Shown here piece by piece: positions 45,696 through 55,697 of a DNA stretch of 64,000 nt; the stretch's first letter is position 1, and each line of letters opens with the position of its first letter. The translations under genes and the position numbers were made by a program. This DNA is from an uncultured delta proteobacterium. GTDB lineage: Bacteria > Desulfobacterota > WTBG01 > CAIYCZ01 > CAIRTM01. The stretch covers positions 82,479-146,478 of the forward strand of contig CAVRBJ010000022.1 of the NCBI GenBank assembly GCA_963718965.1, in the 5' to 3' direction. The notes beneath the pieces are model-generated. The model was not told where the DNA came from. It worked only from the letters and a program-made list of their open reading frames with translations, and did not search any database.

Positions 45696-45765
45696 TTTGG
45701 ACTTATGACCAGCCCCGCCAGATAGACTCCCGCTTGTACATATGCCTTCCTCCTGCCAAAAATCC
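45696..45765. repeat. 62-bp direct repeat R1b
   Basis: Second copy of 45036-45105, immediately after the toxin gene. Confidence 0.6.
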
Positions 45766-46056
45766 GTTGATATATAGAGGTCTGTATAACACAGGGATTC
45801 CCCACAAAATGCAGAACGAGGGTTTATATATTGACAATATTTGTATAATTTGAAATAAGCGCCATAGGCTAGAGTTCGGGAAATACAGATGTCTGTATAA
45901 TGTATGTTAATCTATGAGAGATGAAAAATGCCAAAAAGGATCAAATAAGGGATAACCTATATGAGACTTTTGCCAAAAATCTTTCTGCCATAAAAAGAGG
46001 AGACTTTTGTTCATTTCGAGCCAAACATAGAAAATTGTTATATCTGTCCTTTATGT

Positions 46057-46910
46057 GTGAGGTGCTTTACAAAAAATGCCCTAGATCAGGGAAAGCCTAA
46101 TTGCCTGACGATTGAAGATATTCCTCCAAGAGCATTAGGTGGTAGACCATTGGCTTTAACATGCAAACAATGCAATAACAAATCAGGTACTTTATTGGAT
46201 GAACAGTTAAGGAGAAAACTAGCAACTGAGGAATTCGTACTAAAAATACCAGATGCCCATGTTGAAGCATCAATAAAATTTAAGTCGAAGCTTTATACAT
46301 CAGGGACTTTGAGCCACCGAGTTGATGGGGGGCTACAATATTTGTCTTTTCAAAAATGGGTTTCAAACAAAAAAGGGAAAGGGCAAATGCTTCTCAAAAT
46401 TGGAAAGAAAATCTTAGAGTTAATGGAATCAAAGATTTTAAGTTTTCGATAAAAACTTATAAAAAAAATCATCCCAATATTGCTCTTCTCCGTATAGCCT
46501 ATCTTTTAACGTTTAGCAAATTCGGAAATGGGTTTCTTTTTAATCCAAACCTAAATATCATTAGAAAACAAATTCAAAATCCAACTCAAAATATATTACC
46601 GAATTTTGGGGTTTTGGAATTAGAGAATCCATTTAACTCAGGTATATATGTTATTGTAAGCCCAATTGAGTTACGGTCTTTTTTGGTAATATTTTGTTTA
46701 AAAACAAAAAATAGAACAACTAAACATGCTGTAATCTTACCCGGTCCAGATGAATGTTGCATGGAAGTTTACACTAATATGGCTAATCACCAGAAAACCA
46801 ATGGTGGTTTAAAGTTCAATGGAGAACTAATACCATCACTTGATTATCTTAATGATGCACGTCTTAAATTTGCACCTCAGATATTCTGGGACATGCTAAA
46901 TAATGTTTAA
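46057..46910 (+). CDS. AT-rich hypothetical protein with an N-terminal CxxC...C zinc-ribbon-like motif and an HNH-like (E-D-I...C-x2-C-N) motif; one frameshift
   Basis: In-frame upstream NCYICPLCVRCF; IEDIPPRALGGRPLALTCKQCNNKSG resembles the HNH core but lacks the His-His dyad; pieces 46057-46452 and 46356-46910. Confidence 0.4.
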
Positions 46911-46962
46911 CAAAATCACTTCACCCGCTCCGCTCCGGCGGGTGAGCTTTTCATTAAACGTA
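46908..46962. repeat. Imperfect 55-bp palindrome (GTTTAAC...CACCCGC tccgctccg GCGGGTG...TTAAAC), an attC-like or terminator hairpin
   Basis: Left arm GTTTAACAAAATCACTTCACCCGC versus the reverse complement of the right arm GTTTAATGAAAAGCTCACCCGC; 21-nt core shared with 49443-49480. Confidence 0.4.
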
Positions 46963-46981
46963 AAAAGGAAACGACGACAAG

Positions 46982-47731
46982 ATGGAAGAGAGTAGATCGA
47001 GACATATTATAGAACTCGCTAAAGAATTATTGGATGACATTGAACTGAACAGGATCAGTGCTGAGCAACTTTTGTTAAAAGCTAGCAGACTTGCGAGGTG
47101 GATGGGCTCGGAGGAAATCCAACAATGGTTGAAGCTTGAAATGACTGGCTACGACAATAGCAAGGTGGCCCTCAAATATATGTCAATAACTGGCAGGTGG
47201 ACGGACAGAGAAAAAGGAATGGGATACTGGGGGGCCACTAGCCCAACAGGAAGCTACAATACAGGCTCAGAAAGCCAAACTAGCCAGTATGAGAACGCCC
47301 GATATAGGTGGCGACTACGCGAACATTGCCATCACAAATGTTACAAACACGATGAATGCGACAGCAAATCATATTTCTACGTTCAGCGCGATAAAAAGCA
47401 GGGTACTTGCACAGCTTCATCAATTCGTTAGTGAAGTTTATTACAGTCTGTATTTGAAGGATTATCGGAATCAATCTTTGAACGATACAAACGGGACGTG
47501 GATATTCTCATAGCAGAGTCGTGCGGCACAGTTCTAACGCAGATTGCTACCGTTATGGACCGGCTCGTCGAGGGGGATATAGAGGCAATCAGCCAGGCGC
47601 TAACAACGTGCCGTCGTATAATTGAAAGCTTTGCTGATTCTGTTTTCCCACCCAGTGATGAACCAATCGAAATCGGCGGGAATATTCTCAACTTGGGCGC
47701 AGATAAGCATCAGAATAGAATGAATGCCTAA
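46982..47731 (+). CDS. AT-rich hypothetical protein, three frame pieces
   Basis: MEESRSRHIIELAKELLDDIELNRISAEQLLLKASRLARWMGSEE... ; no confident family. Confidence 0.35.
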
Positions 47732-48112
47732 GTTCATCAGCATTCAGAGAGCCAAACGCGGAAGAAACGATTGAGACAGAATCTCTCCAATCTTTTTAAC
47801 AGGGTATCTACGGGTGTGCATAGCGATATTACACCAGAAGAAGCAAGGGCATTATTCTTGAACACATATTTGCTTCTGGGCGAAGTCTTGCATCTGGGAA
47901 AAAAAGACGTTTAACTACCACATACAGCCGACCTCGTACCTCGGCGGCCGATGCAAGCGTTGGGTGGCGCGATTAGATAAATATAAATAAACAACAAATT
48001 GATCAGGTGGGCAGAGATAGTATTTACCTGACACTACCGCCCCTAGCGGCCCCCAAAAAACGTGGCTCCGGAGCACTTACAGAAACTAAACGGAATCAAG
48101 CGCATAGGACCA

Positions 48113-48150
48113 CTTTTTTGGAGCCATCCTGGCCGAATGGCTCCAAAAAA
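48113..48150. terminator. Bidirectional terminator-like hairpin (TTTTTTGGAGCCAT cctggccga ATGGCTCCAAAAAA)
   Basis: Perfect 8-bp stem flanked symmetrically by T6 and A6. Confidence 0.6.
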
Positions 48151-48236
48151 GTTTGTTCAGGAAATAAAAGCCCGGGAGGAAACTGACCTGACTTTCTGAA
48201 GGCTTCCCTAAACTCAAGAGAAAAGGAGCTCCTTGT

Positions 48237-49259
48237 ATGAAATCGAAATTTATGAAAATTATGGCATCTGTTTTTTGTGTCCTCATCATTGGCATGGCGT
48301 TGGGGTATCATTTCATAACATACACACCGCACGGGCGCATGGATTTTTCATCTGGGCTTGTTGTGCGAATTGTAGGTTTTTTCGGCAGTGAGAAAAAAAC
48401 ATCCGACTATACGCCAGAAGAATTTAGAAAAAGAATGGATGGAATAATTCTTCGTGGCCAGAAAAAAATTGAACAGGTAAACAAGGTGGAGGATAAAGAG
48501 ATTGCATGGACCGCAGGCACTATACCCATTAGGATTTACAAACATTCCGATAATAGCCGATTACCAGTCATTATTTACTTTCATGGTGGAGGCTGGGCCT
48601 CAGGATCCATAGCTACTCATGATAGCCTTTGCAGAAAGCTGGCAAAAGTTTCAAATACAACCGTACTATCGGTTGGATATGGACTGGCGCCTGAGGTGAA
48701 ATTCCCAACTCCTCTTGAACAGGGCTATGCGGTCTTGCAATGGGTTGTTGGTAATGCAGTCGATTTGGATATTGATATTAATAAAATTATCCTGGCAGGC
48801 GACAGTGCAGGAGCAACGATTGCCACAGCACTGTGCATGATGTCCAGAGACAGAAACGGTCCGGTTATCAGGTATCAAATACTGTTATACCCCGTAACTA
48901 ATTTGTCCAGCTTTTCAACACCGTCTCACAGGAATTTTGGAAAAGGATATTTATTAACAACAGAATCACTTGAATGGCTGCGGGGGCTGTATTTGAGCAG
49001 CGATGCTGAAAAGACAAATCCCCTGGTTTCACCTCTTCTTGCAAAAAATCTGGGTAAGCTGCCTCCGGCTTTTATTGTCACCGCTCAGTTTGATCCACTC
49101 AATTCAGACGGAAAAGCCTATTATGAAACGCTCAAGGCTGCCGGCAATGATTGCAGATATGAAAATATGCCGGGTGTTTTACATGGATTTATGCAAACAG
49201 AATCTTCAAGGGCAGACGATGTTTTCAGTATGATTGCCCAAATATGTCGTGGTTTATAG
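48237..49259 (+). CDS. Alpha/beta-hydrolase fold-3 esterase/lipase
   Basis: HGGGW oxyanion motif and GDSAGA nucleophile elbow; N-terminal transmembrane/signal segment. Confidence 0.85.
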   Translation: MKSKFMKIMASVFCVLIIGMALGYHFITYTPHGRMDFSSGLVVRIVGFFGSEKKTSDYTPEEFRKRMDGIILRGQKKIEQVNKVEDKEIAWTAGTIPIRIYKHSDNSRLPVIIYFHGGGWASGSIATHDSLCRKLAKVSNTTVLSVGYGLAPEVKFPTPLEQGYAVLQWVVGNAVDLDIDINKIILAGDSAGATIATALCMMSRDRNGPVIRYQILLYPVTNLSSFSTPSHRNFGKGYLLTTESLEWLRGLYLSSDAEKTNPLVSPLLAKNLGKLPPAFIVTAQFDPLNSDGKAYYETLKAAGNDCRYENMPGVLHGFMQTESSRADDVFSMIAQICRGL

Positions 49260-49442
49260 CCGTAATAAATCTTAGCGCTATACTCCGAGCTGCAGAGCAA
49301 GCGCTGCCCTTTGGTTCAAGGTTCACTGCATGTTAATAAAATACACAAACGCCATCTCAGTCCGAAGGGCGGGTGCTAAACCGCCGAATTTAACATGAAT
49401 CACCTGAACAGGAGCGCCCAACGTGGCGCTGCACAGGACGTA

Positions 49443-49480
49443 GTTCCGCTTCGCTCCGGCGGGTGACCTTCTCGTTATGA
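49443..49480. repeat. Cassette-end repeat CCGCTTCGCTCCGGCGGGTGACCTTCTCGTT
   Basis: 21-nt core nearly identical to 46924-46948 (CCGCTCCGCTCCGGCGGGTGAGCTTTTC). Confidence 0.4.
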
Positions 49481-49503
49481 AAAAAATCTTGATTTGCTAC
49501 TCA

Positions 49504-49527
49504 TTTTGATCTATATTTAGATCAAAA
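49504..49527 (+). promoter_or_regulatory. Operator-like palindrome TTTTGATCTA tatt TAGATCAAAA upstream of the second toxin-antitoxin pair
   Basis: Perfect 10-bp inverted repeat 27 bp before the antitoxin ATG. Confidence 0.45.
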
Positions 49528-49553
49528 AATGAGTCTAAATAAGGAGCTATACT

Positions 49554-49838
49554 ATGAAGACCATTTCCATTACTAATGACATTGTCCCTATTGCCGAATT
49601 CAAGGTAGGCATCTCCAAGTGGTTCAAGAGCCTCAAGATTACCGGTCACCCCCTGATCATTACGCAAAATGGGAAACCAGCCGGCGTACTTTTATCACCG
49701 GGCGACTATGATGATCTGGTATATAAAAAATATTTTCTTGATTCCATCGGCAGAGGAATATCTGATGCTGAAAGCGGAAAAACCTATCATACTGAAGAGG
49801 TGCGTGCGGCATTAACCGCAAGAAGAAGTAAGAGATAA
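49554..49838 (+). CDS. Type II antitoxin (Phd/YefM- or ParD-like)
   Basis: 94 aa, immediately upstream of a ParE-family toxin. Confidence 0.6.
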   Translation: MKTISITNDIVPIAEFKVGISKWFKSLKITGHPLIITQNGKPAGVLLSPGDYDDLVYKKYFLDSIGRGISDAESGKTYHTEEVRAALTARRSKR

Positions 49839-49844
49839 GTCCTG

Positions 49845-50141
49845 ATGAAAATCAGATGGACACATGAGGCCCTTGAGCGATTAATCGAAATTGAAGAGTA
49901 TATTTCAAAAGACAGTCCGGGCCGTGCTGTTCAATTTGTTGAAGAACTTATTGAACACGCGGAATTATTACCCGACAAACCACGTATGGGCAGGGCAGTC
50001 CCCGAACTCGCTAACCCCGACATACGAGAACTGCTATTTAAAAAATATCGTATTGTCTATAGGCTTAAAGCAAATTGCATCGAAATACTGACCGTTTTTG
50101 AAGGACACAGAATCCTTCGTATTGATGAATGCGATGTTTAA
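49845..50141 (+). CDS. Type II toxin, RelE/ParE family
   Basis: 98 aa; ...DIRELLFKKYRIVYRLKANCIEILTVFEGHR. Confidence 0.75.
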   Translation: MKIRWTHEALERLIEIEEYISKDSPGRAVQFVEELIEHAELLPDKPRMGRAVPELANPDIRELLFKKYRIVYRLKANCIEILTVFEGHRILRIDECDV

Positions 50142-50182
50142 TAAATGAAAACACAGCTGCGCTATCATAACGAATCACAGCA

Positions 50183-50222
50183 GCCGACCGCTTTCAGCGG
50201 CGGCTGACCTTTGCGTTCCAGC
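50183..50222. repeat. GC hairpin CAGCCGaCCGC tttca GCGGCGGCTG + ACCTTTGCGTT at the island boundary
   Basis: Tail CGGCGGsTGAsCTTT shared with the hairpins at 46924 and 49443. Confidence 0.4.
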
Positions 50223-50311
50223 GGATGGGCGTCATGCTCACGCCCCGAGCACACTAAGACCCGCCTCCTCAACCCAAGCCCCTAACCCCTGATCCCTCAA
50301 CCCCGCTCCAC

Positions 50312-51644
50312 CTATCCCTGCCAGTTCGGTCGCGAGGCGGTCCAGCGGGAAATCTCGTCATGCAGCCAGCCCTCAAGACCCTTGGCAAGATAAAACTGCG
50401 GCAACAGCAGATCATCATCGGCTGCAATGACTCCTTCGGAAACCGCAATGCGGGCAAGCCCGGTATCGGGGTAGATGCGGATGCCTGCGGTGAGCTTTAA
50501 AAAATCAAGAGGCAGGGAATCGGCAAAGCGCAAGCTCTCAAGCACGGTTTCGCGCGTCTCGCCCGGCCCGCCGAGCAGCAGATAGCCGTTGAGCTTAATG
50601 CTGTGTTTTTTAAAAAGCTCTGCCGCCTGCCGGACATCATCAGGAGAGAATCGCTTGCGCATGCTTTTGAGTATGGCCGGGCTGCCGCTTTCAAACCCGA
50701 GGGCAACCTCGACGCAACCTGCCCGTGCCATGTCGGCAACCAGAGCTTCATCGATTTTGTACGGATAGACAATGCAGGTCCAGCTGACGCTCAAGCGCTG
50801 CATCGATAAAAGCCCGGCACAGATCGCGGGCATAATCCGCTGGAAGGTTAAAAGTGTTGTCTGTGCAGTAAAAGCGCGTAAATCCTGCCTCCGCATGGCG
50901 AAGGATGTGGCCTACCACAGCCTTCGGGTCGCGCTTGCGAAGGGTTGTGCCTTCAATACTGGCTGTTGAGCAGTAGCTGCATGCAAGCGGGCAGCCGCGC
51001 CGTGTCTGAAACGGCAGCCATAGATCCTGCCGCCCCTCCATCGGGCAGGGCCACAGTTCTGGATCGGGCTGGGGGAGCTTGTTCAGGTCAAGGATGGAGC
51101 AGATTTTTTTAAACGGGGAGCGGCCCTTGACATACACGCCCTTGATCATGGCAGGGTCAACGCCCATGCGCAGGTGGTCGAGCACGGCGGGCAGCGCTGC
51201 CTCGCCATCGCCCTTAATGCCGATATCAGCGTCAAGCCATGCAAGCAGCCGCTCCGGATACATGCTGTAGCCTGCGCCTCCCAGAATGATGGGGGCCTTT
51301 GAAAGCCTGCGGCAACTGGCGACAATCGCCTGAAGCGGCTCAAGAAGGAACCGCGTATCATGCATGCTCTGATCATCGATATTGCGCACCGAAATGCCGA
51401 TTGCATCAGGGGCAAAGTCCGTAATCGCCTCTGCCGCCTGCTGCCCGGCATCGCTGCCGGCACAAATCTCCTGAATCCGCACCTCATGACCATCCCGCTG
51501 CGCAGCCGTTGCAACGCAAACAATGCCGAGGGGCAGCGTCGGCATAATCAGATCGGGCATGGAAATTGTAATAAACAGAACTTTCATAAGCTGATTGTAT
51601 ACCATGAAGCCATGGCGCTTTACATTGTTTTTACCGGCAGACAA
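50312..51644 (-). CDS. B12-binding-domain radical SAM protein; frameshift near 50750-50900
   Basis: N-terminal cobalamin-binding fold; CPLACSYCS radical SAM cluster motif; C-terminal piece 50312-50896. Confidence 0.75.
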
Positions 51645-51811
51645 CAGGAGTGTATGTTCTCAAATGCCGGTAAAGAGTTTATCGGCAATCACCTGTAGCC
51701 GCGCCCGTCAAACAATATTTGACATCCCCTGCCGCCTGGGTTAATACATTATGACCTGATTCGTTCCCGAACGAAAAATTTTTTATTTGACACAAAAAAA
51801 TACGTCTATTC

Positions 51812-51913
51812 AATCCCCCTTTGAAAAAGGGGGATACAGGGGGATTTTTTAAATCCTGACAAATCCCCCTAACCCCCTTTGCTAAAGGGGGAATTTTTTC
51901 GCCCCCTCTTTTG
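51812..51913. repeat. Double-hairpin repeat, copy 5 (inverted orientation)
   Basis: Reverse complement aligns end to end with copy 1. Confidence 0.7.
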
Positions 51914-51927
51914 TAGGATTTTGTACA

Positions 51928-51960
51928 TAGGTTTTCGTTCAGCCACTAATTCCGCTTGCA
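51928..51960. repeat. Solo terminal repeat of the MITE-like family (TTTTCGTTCAGCCACTAATTCC)
   Basis: Matches the ends TTTTCGTTCAGACACTAAGTACC (61401-61423) and TTTTCGTTCATCCACTAACTAC (18392-18413). Confidence 0.4.
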
Positions 51961-51972
51961 TAGACAGTACTT

Positions 51973-52380
51973 ATGAAAGAAATTCTTTTTCTGCACCCGG
52001 TAGGTCAGGCCTTTTCCTTAGCCTGCGGCCTGTTCAACCTGATTACAGGCCTGACGCGCAGGATGTTCAATATCTCCATCCACATTAATTGCGGAGCGAT
52101 ATATTATTTCACCACGCTGCTTGGCGCAGGGCTGGGTATTGTCGCAACAAAGTGGGCAGACAAAAAAGGAATTCCCATTGACATGGATATCCATGAAATT
52201 GCCGCCATGGTCATGGTGCTGCTGCTTGCCATGGGCGCCACAACCGGCCTTGCCATGCTGGCAAAACGCGAAAAGCGCGCCGTACTGCTGAAATATCACA
52301 GCTGGATAAATATCCTGAGCGTTGCCCTTTTCTGCGCGCAGGCAATAACCGGCATTGCCCAGCTTATAAAGCTCATGTAA
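51973..52380 (+). CDS. Hypothetical integral membrane protein (four predicted TM helices)
   Basis: 135 aa hydrophobic ORF, codon usage consistent with the host. Confidence 0.55.
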   Translation: MKEILFLHPVGQAFSLACGLFNLITGLTRRMFNISIHINCGAIYYFTTLLGAGLGIVATKWADKKGIPIDMDIHEIAAMVMVLLLAMGATTGLAMLAKREKRAVLLKYHSWINILSVALFCAQAITGIAQLIKLM

Positions 52381-52429
52381 TACCGCAGGCCTGATTTCAC
52401 AAACCCCATTATCCTTTAGCAAGTTACCT

Positions 52430-53366
52430 ATGCAGTTTGCAATCGAAGCTCAATCACTTGTCAAAAAATATGGCGGCTTTACTGCGCTTGACGATATCAA
52501 CCTTGTGGTGAACCGCGGGGAAATATTCGGCTTTCTCGGGCCCAACGGCGCCGGCAAAAGCACCTTCGTCAAAATCATCCTCAATCTCGTGCATGCCACA
52601 TCAGGCAGCGCGCGTATTTTCGGTGAGCAGATAGAACAGGCCTCAGGCACGAAAAACTGTTGGTTTTCTGCCTGAGAATATCCGTGCCTACCCCTATTTA
52701 AGCATCGAGGAATTCATTCGCTTTCATGGAGAACTGATTGGAATATCTTCAAAAAAAATAAAAGAAGATGTCGATTCATGCCTCTGCGATATAGCCCTTG
52801 AATCCGTGCGCAGCCAAAAAATAGGTACACTTTCAAAAGGCATGCTGCAGAGAACGGGCATAGCCCAGGCAATACTCGGAAATCCTGAACTGCTCATTCT
52901 CGATGAACCCACCTCCGGCCTTGACCCCATAGGATTCACCGAACTGCGGCGCCTGCTGCTTGAAATGAAGGCGCGTGGCACAACCATATTTCTTAATTCG
53001 CACCTGCTCTCAGAGGTTGAACGGACCTGCGACCGCGTGGCAATACTCAATAAAGGCAAAATAATCAAAAGCGGCTCCAGAGACGACCTCTCAGACAGGG
53101 GTAAGCATCTTGAGGTTGTGGCTGAGGGCTTTACTGAAGGCATGGGAAACGCCATCAATGCACTGTCTCAAAAAAACCTTGAAAGTGACGGAAAATACTT
53201 GCGAATATATCTATCTAATGAAAAAGATTCTGTTACTGTCCACCGCATCATTGTCGAGGCGGGAGGCTGGGTGCAGTCGCTTGCGTGGAAGTCGGAGTCG
53301 CTCGAGGAACTTTTTTACAGACTGGTTAAACATGAAGATATGGGCTTTAACAAAGATCGGCCTTAA
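52430..53366 (+). CDS. ABC transporter ATP-binding protein (ABC-2 type); frameshift near 52650
   Basis: Walker A GPNGAGKST; signature LSKGMLQR; Walker B LLILDEPTSGLD; the intervening frame reads ...LPENIRAYPYLSIEEFIRFHG. Confidence 0.8.
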
Positions 53367-54127
53367 AGAATGTCTCAGGCAGCGCGTGGTCTATTTCATC
53401 TTTCTGATCTCGCTGCTGTTTGTTTTCATGGCAAAAGGCTGCGATATCGGCTCCATTAAAGGCGAATAGCATGCTTATCGGCAATGCGGCGCGCCAGGGC
53501 ATTACTCTTGGAATATCATTCCACGGTATTGTTTTCTGGAGCATCATGCTCTGCGGGTTGCTGGCCTCCCAGGTTCTCACGCGCGATATGGATGAAGGGT
53601 ATGCTTCCGTAACGCTTGCGAGGCCATTAAGCCGCGACGCATTTATCGCTGGTAAGCTGCTGCCGGTTCTTATTATTTCGGCGCTCAACCTCACCCTTTT
53701 AGGCTGGCTTTTCTGCTGGTTTTTCTACAGGTCAAACGGCTCAATTACCATGCAGCTTCCGCTGAGCTTTTTATTCATGACAGCAAGCCTTGGGCTGTAC
53801 GGGCTTATGATCTGCTGCCTGTCGCTGTTCATTCCGAGGCTGCTGGCGCCGCTGGCTGGCATCGTGCTGTATATGCTGAGCTGCTGGTCGTCGCTGCCCT
53901 ATTTTTTTGAAAACCTTAAAATACTCTGGACGCCGTCTGAAACTGTACAGCGGCTGCATATGCTGCTGCCGAAATTCGGGGATCTGCAGTTTATCGGCGC
54001 CTCCATTTTAAGCGGGGATAAACCCTTCGACGCCGTTAACCCCATGATTGTACTCTGCAATATTGCAGCCTATGCCTGCGTGTTCTGGCTTGTCACGGCC
54101 TGGGCCTTCAGGCGCCGCGAGCTGTAA
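53332..54127 (+). CDS. ABC-2-family transporter permease; frameshift near 53460
   Basis: MKIWALTKIGLKECLRQRVVYFIFLISLLF then six-TM continuation in ORF 53420-54127. Confidence 0.65.
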
Positions 54128-54215
54128 GAAGTATTGAAACTATCTGCCGTTTCTGCTATAGTTTTAAATTCTAAAGTCGCCATGTAAACCTCACACCAGT
54201 AAGGAGAACACACCC

Positions 54216-54779
54216 ATGATAGATACGACCGCTATCAGGAAAAACCTGAAGCTGCTTATTGACAACGACCCCTGGATCGTTGTGGATTTTCAGTTCGTCA
54301 AGCCTGGCAAAGGGCAGGCCTTCACCCGCACAAAGCTGAAAAACCTGATTTCCGGCAATACCATGGAGCGCACCTATAAATCGGGCGAAAAGCTCGAAGA
54401 GGCCCGCATAGATGAAAATGAAATGGTCTTCCTCTACAGTCAGGGTAAAAACTACACATTCATGGACAATACCACCTACGAGCAGGTCGAGCTTACTGAA
54501 GATCATGTGGGTGATGCCAGGAATTTTCTTGTCGAGAATATGAATGTCGAAGTGCTGTTCTTCGACAGCCGCCCGATCAGCGTCGAGGTGCAGAACTTCG
54601 TGAATCTTCAGATCGTTGAAACCGAGCCTGCAACCAAGGGCGACACGGTCAGCGGCGCCACCAAGCCGGCCACTCTTTCAACCGGACATACGGTCAATGT
54701 GCCGCTTTTTGTCAATAACGAGGAGTGGATCGTCATCGATACGCGCAACGGATCATATGTGGAGCGGGTAAAAAAATGA
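54216..54779 (+). CDS. efp: Elongation factor P
   Basis: VKPGKGQAFTRTKLKNLISGN with the conserved modifiable Lys in the KPGKG loop; 187 aa. Confidence 0.9.
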   Translation: MIDTTAIRKNLKLLIDNDPWIVVDFQFVKPGKGQAFTRTKLKNLISGNTMERTYKSGEKLEEARIDENEMVFLYSQGKNYTFMDNTTYEQVELTEDHVGDARNFLVENMNVEVLFFDSRPISVEVQNFVNLQIVETEPATKGDTVSGATKPATLSTGHTVNVPLFVNNEEWIVIDTRNGSYVERVKK

Positions 54780-55696
54780 GCGGGCAGCCCTCCCCGCGCA
54801 CCATGTTCCCCGGCGATTTCGCCGCAACGCTCCGCCTCAGGCACAGCATCATACAGGAAATACGCCGGTTTTTCGACACCACCGGCTATACCGAAGTCGA
54901 AACACCCCTCAGAGTACCATGCCCCTGCATAGACATCTTTATAGATGCCTTTCCCGCAGGGGCATCTCTTTTTCTCTCGACATCGCCGGAATTTCACATG
55001 AAAAGGCTGCTTCGGCTGAACCTTGAGCGCATCTACCAGATCGGGCGCGCTTTTCGCGCTGAAGAGGCGGGAAGGCACCACAGCCCTGAGTTCACCATGC
55101 TTGAATGGTACCGCATTGGCACTGATTACCGCGGCATTATGGAGGAAACCGAGCAGCTTGTGCGCCGTCTTACAGAAGCGCTCGGTCCGCAATGCGAAGC
55201 CCTCAGCTTTCCGTTTGGCCGAATGACCGTCGCAGAGCTGTACGGAAAGTATGCCGGCTGGGACCCTGTCACCGGATGGGATGAAGAGCGCTATTTCCGC
55301 GACTGGGCTGATAAAATCGAGCCTGAACTTTCCGGGCTTGGCTCATTTTTTCTGATAGATTTCCCGGCCCCCCTTGCAGCCCTTAGCCGCATCAAACAGG
55401 GAGAACCTCTGGTCTGCGAGCGGTTCGAGCTCTTTATCCACGGCCTTGAAATAGGCAATGCCTACAGCGAGCTCCTGGACTATGATGAGCATATCAGCCG
55501 GTTTGCGCTGGCTTCTGCAGCCCGCACGGCAATGGGCAGGCAGCCCTACCCTGCGGATGAAGGATTTCTGGAATCCATCAGACTGGGCCTGCCTGCATGC
55601 GGCGGCATGGCAGTGGGTGTCGACCGCCTCATCATGGCCCTTCTGGGACGTGACCACATAAACCTTGTGCAGGCATTCCCGGTGGAAAGGCTCTGA
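54776..55696 (+). CDS. epmA: EF-P lysine aminoacylase EpmA (GenX/PoxA), class II aaRS-like
   Basis: FPGDFAATLRLRHSIIQEIRRFF ... LEWYRIGTDY ... CGGMAVGVDRLIMAL motifs; ATGA overlap with efp. Confidence 0.85.
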   Translation: MSGQPSPRTMFPGDFAATLRLRHSIIQEIRRFFDTTGYTEVETPLRVPCPCIDIFIDAFPAGASLFLSTSPEFHMKRLLRLNLERIYQIGRAFRAEEAGRHHSPEFTMLEWYRIGTDYRGIMEETEQLVRRLTEALGPQCEALSFPFGRMTVAELYGKYAGWDPVTGWDEERYFRDWADKIEPELSGLGSFFLIDFPAPLAALSRIKQGEPLVCERFELFIHGLEIGNAYSELLDYDEHISRFALASAARTAMGRQPYPADEGFLESIRLGLPACGGMAVGVDRLIMALLGRDHINLVQAFPVERL

Positions 55697-55697
55697 C

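Noticed and set aside
45036-50240. Calling the AT-rich island a bona fide integron
   Set aside because: No intI, attI or Pc is visible in the window. Only three hairpins share a core, and only one has convincing RYYYAAC/GTTRRRY-like ends. Kept as a cassette-like island hypothesis only.
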